64,000 bases of DNA, taken from contig NIVC01000415.1 of assembly GCA_002269645.1 (NCBI GenBank), positions 1-64,000 on the forward strand. Direction: 5' to 3'. Shown in pieces: positions 62,150 through 64,000 of the stretch. The number at the start of each line of letters is the position of its first letter. Position 1 is the first letter of the stretch. Origin of the DNA: Macrostomum lignano (lineage: Eukaryota). Under the pieces are notes generated by a model. The model made no database searches. It had not been told where the DNA came from and saw nothing but the letters and a program-made list of their open reading frames with translations. A program made the position numbers and the translations under genes.

Positions 62150-62842
62150 TACTCAGACTGAGCGATGCTTTACTGGGAATACCAACAATACTGAATCAGG
62201 GGTGCTGAGGCAAGAGTGTCTGAATCAGGGGTGCTGAGACAAGAGTGTCTGAATCAGGGGTGCTGAGGCAAGAGTGTCTGAATCAGGGGTGCTGAGGCAA
62301 GAGTGTCTGAATCAGGGGTGCTGAGGCAAGAGTGCTGAATCAGGGGTGCTGAGACAAGAGTGCTGAATCAGGGGTGCTGAGGCAAGAGTGCTGAATCAGG
62401 GGTGCTGAGGCAAGAGTGTCTGAATCAGGGGTGCTGAGGCAAGAGTGCTGAATCAGGGGTGCTGAGACAAGAGTGCTGAATCAGGGGTGCTGAGGCAAGA
62501 GTGTCTGAATCAGGGGTGCTGAGGCAAGAGTGTCTGAATCAGGGGTACTGAGGCAAGAGTGTCTGAATCAGGGGTGCTGAGGCAAGAGTGTCTGAATCAC
62601 GGATGCTGAGGCAAGAGTGTCTGAATCACGGATGCTGAGGCAAGAGTGTCTGAATCAGGGGTTCTAAGGCAAAAGTGTCTGAATCAGGGGTGCTGAGGCA
62701 AGAGTGTCTGAATCAGGGGTTCTAAGGCAAAAGTGTCTGAATCAGGGGTGCTGAGGCAAGAGTGTCTGAATCACGGATGCTGAGGCAAGAGTGTCTGAAT
62801 CAGGGGTGCTGAGGCAAGAGTGTCTGAATCACGGATGCTGAG
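62150..62842. repeat. 27/29 bp minisatellite (GAATCAGGGGTGCTGAGGCAAGAGTGTCT) in a CPSF1 intron
   Basis: Direct inspection. Confidence 0.92.
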
Positions 62843-62926
62843 GCAAGAGTGTCTGAATCATGCAAAGTCCAAATTTTGCCTACAACAATGTCCAAAAATC
62901 CGCAATGTACTTTGTTAACAACTGAC

Positions 62927-63574
62927 CTCTGGCGGCACATCGTCATCGGCGGCGGCAGCTGTCGGAAGCGACGCACCAGTCGCGGTGTCAACGCCGCCAG
63001 CGCCGACCTGTGTAGCGGCCAACAGACTAGCATCCGTGACCAGCCTTGGCCCATCGGAGAAGGCTTTAGCAGCGAAACAGCAAACAAAATCAGGCAATTG
63101 ATAAATCTCTAACGCGCCGCTCTCGTAGCACACAATTGCCCAGTGAGTTGTTTGACAATCTGAATCGTAAGTTGGCGGCGGCGGCGGAGCGGCTGGCCGG
63201 CGGGCGCGTTCGCTTAGAGCGTCGCCATAAAGCAGGACGTCTTCTTCTTCTAGAGGATCGAAGGTTGCAGCGGCGGCCGTGGCAGCGGAGTCGGCAAAAT
63301 CGGCAGCGCCATCATCAGCAGCGGTAGGTTTCCTATGCAAGCGCAGGAACGGATGATCCGTGATGGCGATGGCGGTGGCAAAGCTGTACTGCTGCACTGT
63401 TGGTCTCTCCGTCCTGAGGGTCTCGCCGATCACCTCCAGCAGTAGGAAGCCGTCAGTTTCGTCTACTATGAGGACGAACGGATCGCAGACGGTGACTAGG
63501 CGGGCTCGCTCTTCTAACGGCTGCACCAGCACCTGCTGGCTGCCGCGAAGGAGGCGGACTGAGGACGGGCACAC
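62927..63574 (-). CDS. CPSF1: CPSF160, internal exon (gene continues beyond the window)
   Basis: LEEEDVLLYG and HWAIVCYESGALEIYQLPDF motifs; ctcag| and GAG|gtcagt, phase 0. Confidence 0.9.
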
Positions 63575-63639
63575 CTGAGGAGTTGGAGGGGGTTAGTGAG
63601 ATAGCTGATTAAGACAGTATAAAGGTAAGTTTAAGCCCT

Positions 63640-64000
63640 GTCTGAGAATCTGGGAGGCTAGCCTAGCAACTGAGGATCTGGGAGGCTAGCCTAGCAACTG
63701 AGGATCTGGGATCGGAGGCTAGCCTAGCAACTGAGGATCTGGGAGGCTAGCCTAGCAACTGAGGATCTGGGAGGCTAGCCTAGCAACTGAGGATCTGGGA
63801 GGCTAGCCTAGCAACTGAGGATCTGGGAGGCTAGCCTAGCAACTGAGGATCTGGGAGGCTAGCCTAGCAACTGAGGATCTGGGATCGGAGGCTAGCCTAG
63901 CAACTAAGGATATTGGAGGCTAGCCTAGCAACTGAGGATCTGGGAGCCTAGCCTTGCAACTGAGGATCTGGGAGCCTAGCCTAGCAACTGAGGATCTGGG
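63640..64000. repeat. 28 bp minisatellite (CTGAGGATCTGGGAGGCTAGCCTAGCAA) in a CPSF1 intron
   Basis: Runs off the window end. Confidence 0.92.

Overview
Eukaryotic (animal) genomic DNA with spliceosomal GT-AG introns; there are no prokaryotic features, CRISPR arrays, rRNA or intact tRNA. The gene style (GC-rich, polyQ/polyA-rich exons separated by introns that each hold a different 12-33 bp minisatellite) resembles a macrostomid flatworm such as Macrostomum, but that is inference. By hand I could splice seven genes: the 3' part of a pericentrin/AKAP9-like PACT-domain gene (638-5803, +, several frameshifts), a single-exon secreted Tyr/Gly/His-rich protein (11106-11477, -), a ZDHHC24-like palmitoyltransferase (23212-26481, +), TMEM60 (30745-31200, +), a 413-aa Shisa-like type I membrane protein (35782-43205, +), a divergent Mlx/Mondo-like bHLH-ZIP (51263-54176, +) and the 3' 830 codons of CPSF1 (56730-63574, -). 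Also present are an internally deleted piggyBac, two hAT-type MITEs carrying GA satellites, a 2.5 kb tandem duplication and about 35 tandem arrays. Almost all long ORFs in the supplied track are repeat artefacts. The best leads are the Shisa-like protein with an unexplained cytoplasmic domain, the bHLH with an Arg13-to-Leu change, splice sites that are themselves minisatellite units, and the Tyr-rich secreted protein. None is proven novel without database searches.
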